Below, in pieces: positions 8,576 to 18,118 of a stretch of 64,000 nucleotides of DNA. The notes beneath the pieces are model-generated. The model searched no databases. It was not told the origin of the DNA and was given only the letters and a program-made list of their open reading frames with translations. Every line of letters begins with the position of its first letter. Position 1 is the stretch's first letter. A program made the position numbers and the translations under genes. This DNA comes from Candidatus Nealsonbacteria bacterium (GTDB lineage: Bacteria > Patescibacteriota > Minisyncoccia > Minisyncoccales > PWPS01). The stretch spans positions 23,414 to 87,413 of the forward strand of contig PUNQ01000032.1 of the NCBI GenBank assembly GCA_003551845.1, in the 5' to 3' direction.

Positions 8576-9561
8576 GTTTGGAAATAATACTTATCTTAAT
8601 AATAGTTTTCGGAATAGTTTTCGGAATCATTTGGAATAAAAAAACAAAGGAAGAGATAGAAAAGGAAAGAAGGGTCAGAGAATTGGAAGATCGCTTGACC
8701 GACTTGATAAGTGAACAATTGAAGGAGGTCAGAGGGACCGTTGACGGAACCTCGAAAGTAATGCACAGCCAGATCAAGTCCTTTACCAAAGAGACGGAAA
8801 AGTTAAGAAGCGAGATAAAGGATATTCAGAAAGCGATGGAGTCGGTAAGTTCTTTTCAAGAATTTTTTCGGTCTCCCAAAGCGAGAGGCGAGTGGGGAGA
8901 GACGAGTTTGGAGCATATTTTAAAAGAATATTTTCCGGCTGACTTTTACACCTCACAACATATGTTCGAATCGGGGGAGCAAGTCGATGCGGTTTTAAAG
9001 CTCCCGAATGACAAACTTTTGCCGATTGATTCCAAATTTCCATTCGATAACTACAGGAAGATGGTAGCTACGGATGACCAAGAAAAAAAGAAAAAACTCA
9101 GAAAAAAGTTTTTGAAAGATGCAAAAAAACAGATTACGGAAATAGCCAATAAATATATTCTGCCTTCGGAGGGAACAGTTGAGTTCGCGGTAATGTACAT
9201 ACCGGCGGAGGCGGTTTATTATGAGATAAATATGAACAGGGATATAGATGTTGTTGAGTATGCCAGGCAAAAAAAAGTGGTATTGGCTTCTCCGAACACG
9301 ATATTTTTAACTTTGAAAGCGATAGAGCACTGGTTCAGGGATACGCAGATATCTCGAAAAACACAAGAAATAATCAAAAGCATATCCAAAATCCAAAAGG
9401 ATTCCAAAAAATTGAAAGAAGACTTCAGAAAGCTCGGCAGCCATCTTGACAATGCTCGATCCGCGTATGAGAGATCGGATAAAAGATTGGGAATTTTTGA
9501 AGACAAAGTTGAAAAATTAACGGAAAATAATTTAAAGGAGCTGGAGGAGGGTAGTGATTGA
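8572..9561 (+). CDS. rmuC: DNA recombination protein RmuC.
   Basis: An N-terminal TM helix precedes a coiled coil. The conserved RmuC region contains DAVLKLPNDKLLPIDSKFP and VLASPNTIFLTLKAIE. Confidence 0.7.
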   Translation: MSLEIILILIIVFGIVFGIIWNKKTKEEIEKERRVRELEDRLTDLISEQLKEVRGTVDGTSKVMHSQIKSFTKETEKLRSEIKDIQKAMESVSSFQEFFRSPKARGEWGETSLEHILKEYFPADFYTSQHMFESGEQVDAVLKLPNDKLLPIDSKFPFDNYRKMVATDDQEKKKKLRKKFLKDAKKQITEIANKYILPSEGTVEFAVMYIPAEAVYYEINMNRDIDVVEYARQKKVVLASPNTIFLTLKAIEHWFRDTQISRKTQEIIKSISKIQKDSKKLKEDFRKLGSHLDNARSAYERSDKRLGIFEDKVEKLTENNLKELEEGSD

Positions 9562-9635
9562 TCAATAACCGGATAACTTGCTCAAAAGTTAATTTTCTGT
9601 TACAATAATCAGGACGATAATTAATTAATAAAAAT

Positions 9636-9947
9636 ATGTTCGCAGTAATCAAAACCGGTGGAAAACAATATAAGGTCTCCGAAGGAGATGTCATCGATAT
9701 TGAAAAAATTAACGGAGAAGAAGGTGAAAAGGTCGTTTTTGACCAGGTTTTACTGGTAAAAGACAAGGACCTCGAAGTAGGGAAGCCCAATCTTAAAGAT
9801 TTCAAAGTGACCGGCAAAATCTTGAAGCAGGGAAGAGAGGGAAAGAAAATTGTTTATAAGTACAAGCCGAAAAAAAGACAAAGAAAGAAGAAGGGACACA
9901 GGCAACCCTTTTCCAGAGTTGAAATTAAAGAAATAGTCACCAAATAA
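9636..9947 (+). CDS. rplU: 50S ribosomal protein L21.
   Basis: MFAVIKTGGKQYKVSEGDVIDIEKI is the typical bL21 N-terminus, followed by a basic C-terminus. Confidence 0.85.
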   Translation: MFAVIKTGGKQYKVSEGDVIDIEKINGEEGEKVVFDQVLLVKDKDLEVGKPNLKDFKVTGKILKQGREGKKIVYKYKPKKRQRKKKGHRQPFSRVEIKEIVTK

Positions 9948-9973
9948 AGACTATTGCCTACAAAGCATTGATA

Positions 9974-9997
9974 AAACCGCCCCTTGGGCGGTTTTTT
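9974..9997 (+). terminator. Rho-independent terminator after rplU.
   Basis: CCGCCCC-TT-GGGCGG is followed by TTTTTT. Confidence 0.6.
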
Positions 9998-10044
9998 GAT
10001 TTAGGAATGACTAAAGAGAATGCGGTAATGACGAGTAAAGTTAG

Positions 10045-10653
10045 TTATTTCCTTCCTTCCAGCGCCGATGACAGGGTCTCTTCATCAGCATATTCAAGCT
10101 CTCCGCCCATCGGTAATCCTTTGGCAAGCTTCGTTATTTTTATGTTGAGATCTTTGAGGTTTCGTTCCAAAAAGAGGCCCGTAGCCTCTCCTTCAGTAGT
10201 AGGGTTAGTAGCGATAATAACCTCTTCAATTTTTTTCGGGCCGAATTTTTCCGGTTTTTCGATCCTTTCCTTCAATTCCCTTATTCTTATCTTTTTTAAG
10301 TTCTTCTTTTTTAATGGACTGACATTTCCTCCCAGAATGAAGTAATAGCCTTTGTATTTATTGGTTTTTTCAAGCGATATCAGATCAGTTTCTCTTTCGA
10401 CAACGGCTAAGATCGGTTCTCTGGAATTATCACTACATACGGAGCAGAGCTTTTTATCTTTTTCCAAACTTCTGTAACAAAAGTTACAAGTATGAACCGA
10501 TGTTTTTAATTTTTCAAGACCGGCAATCAGTTGATCTATCTCTTCCGAAGAAGAGCTTAAAAGATAAAGTGAAAAACGGGTAGCCGTTTTTTTTCCCACC
10601 GTAGGGAAACGTAAAAAAATATTTATTAAGTTTTTTATCGGTTCGGGATACAT
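10045..10653 (-). CDS. recR: Recombination protein RecR.
   Basis: Features include a C4 zinc finger (CNFCYRS...CSVC), a Toprim domain (IIATNPTTEGEATG) and a GLPMGGELEY C-terminus. The start is set at the internal Met (MYPEPIKNLINIF), which avoids overlap with dnaB. Confidence 0.8.
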   Translation of the reverse strand: MYPEPIKNLINIFLRFPTVGKKTATRFSLYLLSSSSEEIDQLIAGLEKLKTSVHTCNFCYRSLEKDKKLCSVCSDNSREPILAVVERETDLISLEKTNKYKGYYFILGGNVSPLKKKNLKKIRIRELKERIEKPEKFGPKKIEEVIIATNPTTEGEATGLFLERNLKDLNIKITKLAKGLPMGGELEYADEETLSSALEGRK

Positions 10654-10663
10654 TGTGGAAATA

Positions 10664-12025
10664 TTATTCTTCGGAATATCTTTTATCGAGAGGTCGGAAA
10701 GAGGTGGTTTCTTCATCCCAATAGAGCTCAATTTTTCCGGTGGGACCGTTACGGTGTTTGGCGATTATTACGTCGGCTATATTTTTTCTCTCCGTGTCGT
10801 CACGATAATAATCTTCTCTGTAAAGAAGCATAACCACGTCGGCATCTTGTTCCAAGGCACCGGTTTCGCGCAGATCCGACAAGCGAGGAATCTTGGGAGT
10901 TCTTTTTTCAACAGCCCTGGAAAGTTGTGAAAGTGCTATGACCGGCACACTTAATTCTCTGGCCAGAGATTTTAAGGATCTCGATATTTCAGTCATCTGC
11001 TGAACCATCGATTCCGATCTCGATCCCGGTTGAATAAGTTGAAGGTAATCGATAATTACGAGTCCCAAACCTTTTTCCGCTTGCAGTCTTCTGGCCATTG
11101 CTCTCATGTGCATGATATTGAAAGAGCTTTTGTCTTCAACGTATATCGGTGCATCCGAAAGCTTATCCATCGCTTCTTGAAGCTTTGTGAAGTCATCCCG
11201 CTCTCCTTTTCCCGATAATTTTCCATTTCTTATCTTCCATAGACCGACTCCCGAAGTTGAAGAGAGAAGTTTGTCGATTATCTGATCTTTGGACATCTCC
11301 AGACTGAATATGCCGACGGGAATGTTATTTTCAACCGCTACATTTTGAGCAATATTGAAGGCCAAAGAAGATTTTCCCATACTCGGTCTGGCAGCCAATA
11401 GGATCAAGTCCGATTTTTGAAATCCGGAAAGTAACCCGTCTATTTTGGGAAATCCACTGGGAACACCACGAGTATCTTGTTCTTGTCTTGAGAGTTTATC
11501 TATTCTTTCAAATGCTTCTTCTAACGCTTCTCCTATGCGTAAAAATTGGTTTCTTAAAGAATTTTTACTGATGTTGAATATCTTTTGTTCCGCCTCGTCC
11601 AAAACTTCTTCGACGTCCCGATCTTCGTTGTAACCTTCCAAACTGATTTCTTGTCCCGCTTTTATCATTTCTCTCAAAATTCTCTTTTTTTGGACTATTT
11701 TTGCACATTCCGCAACATGACTGGAGGTCGGAACCGAATTGACCAGCTCGGTAAGATAACTGTTTCCACCTATTTTTTTAAGCAACTTTTGTTCTTTAAG
11801 ACGATTTCCGACGGAAAGAATATCCACCGATCCCGACTGATTAACGATATCGGTCATCGCTTCGTATATTTTTTGGTGACCGTTGTCATAGAAGTCTTTG
11901 GATTGAAGAAAATCGATTACCTTATATATTGAATCCTTGTCCATCATCAGACCGCCGAGCAATGATTTTTCCGCATCTATGTTTCGAGGAGGTAATTTAT
12001 CCGGTAGGTCTTGGTTTTTAGCCAT
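10664..12025 (-). CDS. dnaB: Replicative DNA helicase DnaB.
   Basis: An N-terminal DnaB domain precedes a Walker A (ARPSMGKSSLAFNIAQN) and the RecA-like helicase motifs. Confidence 0.9.
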   Translation of the reverse strand: MAKNQDLPDKLPPRNIDAEKSLLGGLMMDKDSIYKVIDFLQSKDFYDNGHQKIYEAMTDIVNQSGSVDILSVGNRLKEQKLLKKIGGNSYLTELVNSVPTSSHVAECAKIVQKKRILREMIKAGQEISLEGYNEDRDVEEVLDEAEQKIFNISKNSLRNQFLRIGEALEEAFERIDKLSRQEQDTRGVPSGFPKIDGLLSGFQKSDLILLAARPSMGKSSLAFNIAQNVAVENNIPVGIFSLEMSKDQIIDKLLSSTSGVGLWKIRNGKLSGKGERDDFTKLQEAMDKLSDAPIYVEDKSSFNIMHMRAMARRLQAEKGLGLVIIDYLQLIQPGSRSESMVQQMTEISRSLKSLARELSVPVIALSQLSRAVEKRTPKIPRLSDLRETGALEQDADVVMLLYREDYYRDDTERKNIADVIIAKHRNGPTGKIELYWDEETTSFRPLDKRYSEE

Positions 12026-12028
12026 CTT

Positions 12029-13384
12029 TTATATTTTTTTTAATTTGTAACCATCTTTTACGTCTTCTATTTTATACCCCGATTCATTTATCTTCTTCCT
12101 CATCTCGTCAGCCTTTTCATATTGACCGTTTTCTCTGAATTTTTTTCTTTTTTCTGCTAAATATTCAATTTCTTTCGGTATATTTTGTTCCTTATTCAAT
12201 TCAAGACCCAAAACCCGATCAAAATCAAGAATGGTCTCTTTTTTATCTTCCGGATCGATTGAATTATCCTTAATCAAGGTCCAAACCACCTCCAAAGCCC
12301 GGGGGCTGTTCAAATCATCGTTCAGAACTGATAAGAATTTTTTCTTATAATCTTCATCTATTCGTCCTTTTTTATCATAACTCAAATTTTGAACTCTTTC
12401 GCGCATCTTCCGGAGGGAATTTTCCGCTCCTTGCATCGCTTTCTCTGAAAAATTCATTTTTGAGCGATAATGAGAATTCAGTACCAGATATCTGTAAGCG
12501 AGAGGCGAGTGGGTTTCAGTTATATCTTTCAAAGTGTAGAAATTATCTTTGGATTTGGACATTTTTTCTCCTTCTACGGTTAAGAATTCACCGTGCATCC
12601 AAAAGTTAGCGGGGTTTTTACCGAATGCAGCTTCGGATTGAGCAATTTCATTGGGATGATGTATCTCAATATGATCAATTCCTCCACAATGAATGTCGAA
12701 CGGTATGCTCAAATACTTTTCAGCCATGACCACACATTCGGTATGCCATCCCGGGAAACCGACTCCCCAAGGAGACTCCCATTCCATTTGCCGCTTTTCT
12801 TTCGGATCGGAGAATTTCCAAAGAGCAAAATCGGTCGGATTCTTTTTTCCTTTTACGGACACTCTTTTTCCGGCCTCGATTTCGTCCAAATTAGCCATTT
12901 CTCCGTAACTTTCCAATTTGGACGTGTCAAAATAGACACCGTCCTCTATTTGATAGGTAAACCCCTTGTCTTCCAGTATTTTTATCAGATTGATCTGCTC
13001 GTCTATAGTGTCGGTTGCCTTTACGAAGATATCCGGATTTTTAATGTTTAATTTTTTTATATCTTTCTTGAATTCTTTCGTATAGTATTCGGCTATCTCC
13101 CAAGCTGTTTTCCCTTCTTCACGAGCTTTCTTTTCCACCTTATCTTCACCCGAGTCATCATCCGAAACCAGGTGTCCGACATCGGTAATGTTCATTACGT
13201 GTTTTACCTCATATCCGTTGTAGAGGAGTGTTCGTTTCAAAAGATCTTCGAAGATGTATGTTTTCAGGTTTCCGATATGAGCATAATCGTAAACGGTCGG
13301 CCCACAAGTATAAAGACGAACCTTTTCTTCCAAGGGTTCGAATAATTCTTTTTTTCTAATTTTACTGTTGTAAAGCTTGATCAT
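12029..13384 (-). CDS. cysS: Cysteine--tRNA ligase.
   Basis: The class I motifs HIGN and KMSKS are present, and the CGPTVYDYAHIGN region is typical of CysRS. Confidence 0.9.
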   Translation of the reverse strand: MIKLYNSKIRKKELFEPLEEKVRLYTCGPTVYDYAHIGNLKTYIFEDLLKRTLLYNGYEVKHVMNITDVGHLVSDDDSGEDKVEKKAREEGKTAWEIAEYYTKEFKKDIKKLNIKNPDIFVKATDTIDEQINLIKILEDKGFTYQIEDGVYFDTSKLESYGEMANLDEIEAGKRVSVKGKKNPTDFALWKFSDPKEKRQMEWESPWGVGFPGWHTECVVMAEKYLSIPFDIHCGGIDHIEIHHPNEIAQSEAAFGKNPANFWMHGEFLTVEGEKMSKSKDNFYTLKDITETHSPLAYRYLVLNSHYRSKMNFSEKAMQGAENSLRKMRERVQNLSYDKKGRIDEDYKKKFLSVLNDDLNSPRALEVVWTLIKDNSIDPEDKKETILDFDRVLGLELNKEQNIPKEIEYLAEKRKKFRENGQYEKADEMRKKINESGYKIEDVKDGYKLKKI

Positions 13385-13412
13385 GCTGTTTTCATGTTAA
13401 CACAAAAACGAC

Positions 13413-13440
13413 TTTGATTCCATCCCGATTTGTTGTAGAA
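13413..13440 (+). promoter_or_regulatory. Putative sigma70 promoter (TTGATT, 16-bp spacer, TAGAAT).
   Basis: Hexamers were matched by eye in the divergent intergenic region between cysS and the 13451 gene. Confidence 0.35.
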
Positions 13441-13450
13441 TCATTATGAT

Positions 13451-14014
13451 ATGCCATTGGAAACTTTTCCCGAAATACAAGCGTTCCTGGTCTCGATTTT
13501 ACCCATAGCGGGCATCAGGGTGTCAATTCCTTTTGCAGTTACGGTGCTTGAATTGAGTTGGCAGAGCGCCTTTTTAATCTCAATAGCCGGAGGTGTCTTT
13601 GCGATGTTTATGATTTTTACTTTTTTGGAATGGGTTACCGAGTTTTTGAGAAAATACTTTAGGATTTTTGAAATTATCATTGATTATATTTTTGAAAAGA
13701 CAAGAAGAGAAAAGAAGGAAAGTGTTGAAAAATACGGATATTTCGCTTTGGCCGGATTTACCGCGGTTCCACTTCCTTTCAGTGGAGTTTGGACAGCCTC
13801 TCTGGTTGCTTATCTTTTCGGCTTGAATTACAGAAAATCGGTTTTGTCGATTTTTTTCGGAGCATTGGTTTCGGCAATTATTGTCACGGCGGTAACCGTT
13901 ACGGGAGAAACGATAACCACTAACGGAGGATTAAGACTGGTGGGACTTTTTTTCTTGATTGCAATTTTTTACTACTATCTATTTTTTAATAAAAAAGAAG
14001 AAAAACATGAATAA
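13451..14014 (+). CDS. Small polytopic membrane protein (function unknown).
   Basis: About 5 predicted TM helices; its stop overlaps the dnaX start. Confidence 0.4.
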   Translation: MPLETFPEIQAFLVSILPIAGIRVSIPFAVTVLELSWQSAFLISIAGGVFAMFMIFTFLEWVTEFLRKYFRIFEIIIDYIFEKTRREKKESVEKYGYFALAGFTAVPLPFSGVWTASLVAYLFGLNYRKSVLSIFFGALVSAIIVTAVTVTGETITTNGGLRLVGLFFLIAIFYYYLFFNKKEEKHE

Positions 14015-15125
14015 TTTGGTTTTATACAGAAAATACAGACCCAAGAAATTTTCGGACGTAATCGGTCAGGATCACGTCGTTAAAACATTGAAAAATGCGA
14101 TTGAAAATAAGAATATATCCCACGCATATCTTTTTGCCGGCCCACGTGGAACGGGAAAAACTACGATGGCTCGTCTTTTGGCGAAAGCGGTAAATTGTCT
14201 TGAGGAATCAACCGGCGCGGAGCCTTGTAATGAATGTGTGGCTTGTCAGTCGATAAATAAAGGGAACGCCGTTGATCTGGTTGAAATAGATGCCGCTTCA
14301 CATCGGGGAATAGATGAGATCAGGGAACTCAGGGAGGGGATAAAGTTTTCACCCACCAGCCTGAAGTACAAAGTATACATTATCGATGAAAGCCATCAAT
14401 TGACCAAGGGAGCGGCCAACGCTTTGCTTAAAACTTTGGAAGAGGCTCCGGATCATGCAATATTCGTATTGGCAACTACGGAACCACAGAAATTGATCCC
14501 GACCATAATATCCCGGTGTCAACGGTTTGATTTTAAAAAATTGAATTTGGAAGAGATAGTTGAAAAGTTGAAGATAATTTTAAAAAAAGAAGAGGTTAAA
14601 GCCGATCGGAGGTCTTTGGAAATAATCGCTACGGCTGCCGCCGGATCTTTTCGGGATGCGGAAAGCCTTCTGGATCAGGTTTTGACTTTCACCGGAAAGA
14701 AGATACGGGAAGAAGAGGTTAAAAATCTACTCGGTTTGGTGGAAACGGAATATGTTTCATCTTTTGTTGATTTACTCATTGAAAAAAAAGATTCGAAAGC
14801 CATAAAATTTTTGAGGAAACTTTATGAAGAGGGGGTAAATTTGGAAGAGTTTCACAATCTACTTTTGGAGTATTTGAGACATCTCCTGATTGTCGGATTG
14901 TCCGGAATCGATTTGGAAAAAGATGAAAGCTCGGTAGTGGCGAGCTTGAAGATAAGCTTTACCGGTGAGGAGATGGAAAAGATAAAAAAGCAGACGGAGA
15001 AAATAAAAACCGAAGAGACAACCGAAATGCTACGGATATTTTTAGAAGCGGGCAAGCAAATGGATCACTCTCCCATACTTCAACTTCCATTGGAGATGGC
15101 AATCGTGGAGTTTTGTATCGATTGA
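14007..15125 (+). CDS. dnaX: DNA polymerase III subunit gamma/tau.
   Basis: YRPKKFSDVIGQDH, a Walker A (GPRGTGKTT), a zinc module (CNECVACQSINKG) and an SRC motif are present. The start is at the ATG at 14007. Confidence 0.85.
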   Translation: MNNLVLYRKYRPKKFSDVIGQDHVVKTLKNAIENKNISHAYLFAGPRGTGKTTMARLLAKAVNCLEESTGAEPCNECVACQSINKGNAVDLVEIDAASHRGIDEIRELREGIKFSPTSLKYKVYIIDESHQLTKGAANALLKTLEEAPDHAIFVLATTEPQKLIPTIISRCQRFDFKKLNLEEIVEKLKIILKKEEVKADRRSLEIIATAAAGSFRDAESLLDQVLTFTGKKIREEEVKNLLGLVETEYVSSFVDLLIEKKDSKAIKFLRKLYEEGVNLEEFHNLLLEYLRHLLIVGLSGIDLEKDESSVVASLKISFTGEEMEKIKKQTEKIKTEETTEMLRIFLEAGKQMDHSPILQLPLEMAIVEFCID

Positions 15126-15136
15126 TTAGAAATATT

Positions 15137-15207
15137 TGCGGGATGGTGTAATGGTAACACGCCGGGTTCTGGTCCCGGTAATCCAGGTTCGAGTCCCGGT
15201 CCCGCAG
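15137..15207 (+). tRNA. tRNA-Gln (anticodon CTG).
   Basis: Cloverleaf with a U1-A72 acceptor (TGCGGGA/TCCCGCA), anticodon stem CCGGG/CCCGG with loop TTCTGGT, and T-loop TTCGAGT with one A.C mismatch in the T-stem. Confidence 0.7.
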
Positions 15208-15266
15208 CAAAGCTGTAAAATTAATTTCAGAATTCAACTCTTGAATAAGATAAAACAAGTTTTCAT

Positions 15267-16328
15267 ATGGCATTACCGAGTTATTCATTTTTGCTGAAAT
15301 ATTTATTATCCAAAAAAGTGAGAGCTCCGATCTACTTGATTTTTGAGCCGACTGCAAGGTGCAATTCAAATTGTTCTTTTTGCTACAACAAGGAGAAGTT
15401 AAACGAATCCGAAGAAATGAAAGCGGAGGAGATAGATCTTTTTACGAGAAAGATGGACAAATTGCTCACCCTGGCACTTAGTGGTGGAGAACCTTTTTTA
15501 AGAGAAGATCTGTCGGAAGTGGTTGAAATATTTTCAAAAAATGTGGATATGGAATACTTGATCATACCCACGAACGGATTATTACCCGATCTGATTAAGG
15601 AAAAAACTTTACGAATAATCGACAAATATGAAAAAAAATTGATAGTGACTCTTTCTCTTGACGGCTTGCATCAAAAACATGATGAAATAAGGGGGGTTGA
15701 AGGAAATTTTGAAAGACTCTTGGAAACTTATGATAACTTGTCGGCGATCGATGAGGATAATTTGGAGATATCGGTTAACACCTGCCTGAATTCGTCGAAT
15801 AAAGAAGAATTCGTTGAAATTCGTGAATTTGTAAGAAAAAGAATGCCGAAAACAAAAGCTCATAACTTTTCTTTCATGAGAGGGAGTTTTCCGGATAGCG
15901 ATTTGAAGGAAGTTGATCTCGATTTCGTAAAAAAGAATAAAGAGGAATTGCAAAAAACGGCAATTGGAAGCAGGGAGTTTTCATTTGATCCTTACGGGTC
16001 GTTTTTGAAAGCGATAAGAGCGGAATATTACTCCGTTTATGAAAATAATCAAGGTAATGAGCGAAACTGGGATTGTTATGCGGGCAACTTGGCTTGTTAC
16101 ATCGACTTTAAAGGCAATCTTTATCCCTGTGAATCACTTCCTCCAATCGGCAATTTGGAGGATTACGATTATCAATTTGAAGATTTGTGGTTTTCGGAAG
16201 TCGCCTCCGGAGTCAGGAAAGGGATAAAGGATGGAAAATGCAATTGTAATCATGGCTGCTTCGTTAAGCTCAGTTTAATGTTCAATCTCAAAATTTACCC
16301 CAAATTAATTAGGCATGTCGGAAAATAA
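15267..16328 (+). CDS. Radical SAM protein with a C-terminal SPASM/twitch-type Cys-rich domain.
   Basis: A CxxxCxxC motif (CNSNCSFC) follows a GGEP motif. The C-terminal cysteines are CYAGNLAC...C...CNCNHGC. Confidence 0.65.
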   Translation: MALPSYSFLLKYLLSKKVRAPIYLIFEPTARCNSNCSFCYNKEKLNESEEMKAEEIDLFTRKMDKLLTLALSGGEPFLREDLSEVVEIFSKNVDMEYLIIPTNGLLPDLIKEKTLRIIDKYEKKLIVTLSLDGLHQKHDEIRGVEGNFERLLETYDNLSAIDEDNLEISVNTCLNSSNKEEFVEIREFVRKRMPKTKAHNFSFMRGSFPDSDLKEVDLDFVKKNKEELQKTAIGSREFSFDPYGSFLKAIRAEYYSVYENNQGNERNWDCYAGNLACYIDFKGNLYPCESLPPIGNLEDYDYQFEDLWFSEVASGVRKGIKDGKCNCNHGCFVKLSLMFNLKIYPKLIRHVGK

Positions 16329-17307
16329 ACCGAAGGTTAAAATTGTGGTACCGCTCGTAGAAATTGATGATTATGCGATTGAGTGCATCAAAAAAATAGG
16401 TAAAATCGATTATGATAATTGGGATCTAATTTTGATTACGGATAAGCGGATAAAAGAAAGCTTTGAAAAAACCGAAATTATCGTCAGTGGTAATTTGACC
16501 ATAGGAGCAAAAAGAAATCTGGCCATTGAAAAATACAAGGAGGATGCGGACTTTTTTGCTTTTATCGATTCCGATGCATTTCCGGAAAAGTCCTGGATTA
16601 CTGAAGCTATCGGAAAGTTTATCGGTGAAGATCTTGACCCGGCAGCAGTCGGAGGACCCAATTTATTGCCTCCGGATTCCGGTTGGAGAGAAGTTTGCGC
16701 GTCCAATGCCATAAGCTCCCCGGTTATTTCCGGATTCAACTCCTTCTATTACAAAAAAGAAAAGAGCAGGCATGTCGACAAATTACCGACTTGCAATTTG
16801 ATCGTCAAAGCTTCGGTTTTTGATCAAGTGGGTCTTTTCAATGAAAGCTTGGTAACGGGTGAGGACAAAGAATTTTGTCAACGAATCGTTGAAAATCAAA
16901 AGAAAATTCTATATTCACAAGACGTAATTGTTTATCATCACAGAAGAAAGCTCTGGATGCCGTTTTTTAAGCAGAGATTCGTTTATGGATCGGGAATAGT
17001 TGAAAAGATCGGGCTCGGGTTGAATGAAGATAAGGCTCATTTAATTATTCCTCCACTCACAACTCTTTATTTTCCGGCGGGTTTTTGGATTAGCCGGGTT
17101 TCGGATACGGGAAGACTTTTTTTCATCATCACTGTTTTAGTTCTTTTAATCGTTTTTATTTTTGAAGCGGCAAGAAATTCAAAAAAAATTATTCATATTC
17201 CACCGACTTTTTTTGCAATACTCATCTCTTTTTTCATGCCCGGACTCGGCTTTTACTTTAGATTAATCGGGGGTTTTGATTTTAAAAAATTATATCGAAG
17301 ACGATAG
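16315..17307 (+). CDS. Family 2 glycosyltransferase with C-terminal TM helices.
   Basis: A GT-A fold is indicated by ILITDKR and FIDSDAF (DxD-like). The start overlaps the stop of the radical SAM gene. Confidence 0.6.
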   Translation: MSENKPKVKIVVPLVEIDDYAIECIKKIGKIDYDNWDLILITDKRIKESFEKTEIIVSGNLTIGAKRNLAIEKYKEDADFFAFIDSDAFPEKSWITEAIGKFIGEDLDPAAVGGPNLLPPDSGWREVCASNAISSPVISGFNSFYYKKEKSRHVDKLPTCNLIVKASVFDQVGLFNESLVTGEDKEFCQRIVENQKKILYSQDVIVYHHRRKLWMPFFKQRFVYGSGIVEKIGLGLNEDKAHLIIPPLTTLYFPAGFWISRVSDTGRLFFIITVLVLLIVFIFEAARNSKKIIHIPPTFFAILISFFMPGLGFYFRLIGGFDFKKLYRRR

Positions 17308-17390
17308 AGGATGCAACTTTTCTTTTTTGTCGAGAGGCAAGAAGTGGTGATTTGATTTTTAATTAATAGTAGTTATAATAATTAAGCTTT

Positions 17391-17461
17391 TGCGGGATGG
17401 TGTAATGGTAACACGCCTGGTTTTGGTCCAGGTAATCCAGGTTCGAGTCCTGGTCCCGCAG
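17391..17461 (+). tRNA. tRNA-Gln (anticodon TTG).
   Basis: Near-identical to the 15137 copy, with compensatory changes in the anticodon stem (CCTGG/CCAGG), loop TTTTGGT, and a perfect T-stem (CCAGG/CCTGG). Confidence 0.75.
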
Positions 17462-17470
17462 CATAAAAAG

Positions 17471-17499
17471 AAAAACTCCGTGAGGAGTTTTTCTTTTTA
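17471..17499 (+). terminator. Rho-independent terminator after tRNA-Gln(TTG).
   Basis: AAAAACTCC-GTGA-GGAGTTTTT is followed by a T-run. Confidence 0.55.
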
Positions 17500-17681
17500 T
17501 TGGTGGGTTGTGAGGAGAAGCGAACTACCGAATTGCGACGACCCGAGCTTTGCGAGGGGAGGACGGCAATGCCTTCGGGCAACTCATTCGAGTCCGGTAA
17601 GTTGTATTGAAAAATTTTCAGTAACAGGATTTTTATTTATATGGTTTTTCGGATATAATAAAACATCAAATCAATGGTAAT

Positions 17682-17936
17682 ATGAAAAAAAGATTCAAAG
17701 AAAAAGTGTTACAAATCGTTTCCGGAATACCGAAGGGAGGGGCTATGACTTACAAGCAGGTCGCCTCTGAAGCCGGCCGCCGGAAGGCATACAGGGCGGT
17801 CGGTAATATTTTAAAAAACAACGAAGATCAAAAGATTCCTTGCCACAGGGTAATTCGTTCCGATGAATCCATCGGCGGATACAACAAAGGAAAGGAGAAG
17901 AAAAAGGCATTACTTGAAAAAGAGGGGTTTTTATGA
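17682..17936 (+). CDS. Methylated-DNA--protein-cysteine methyltransferase DNA-binding domain protein (C-terminal domain only).
   Basis: The PCHRV active-site motif is present and the HTH is MTYKQVASEAGRRKAYRAVGN. The protein is only 84 aa. Confidence 0.7.
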   Translation: MKKRFKEKVLQIVSGIPKGGAMTYKQVASEAGRRKAYRAVGNILKNNEDQKIPCHRVIRSDESIGGYNKGKEKKKALLEKEGFL

Positions 17937-18118
17937 ATTGCCGGTTGAGATTTCTATTATAAAATTACCGAGCCGGAAGATCTTTTAATTTTTTTTGAGT
18001 ATTACACTTAATTGATTCAAATCTTGTTGATTAAAAAAATAAATTGAATAATTCGAGCTTTTATTATTTTTAAATCGTATATTTTGAAATTAATATTCAA
18101 TTTCAAAAAACCGAAGAT

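Noticed and set aside
17382-17680. Two overlapping ORFs (66 and 96 aa) across the tRNA-Gln(TTG) gene.
   Set aside because: They overlap a confidently folded tRNA and its terminator, and have no protein-like features.
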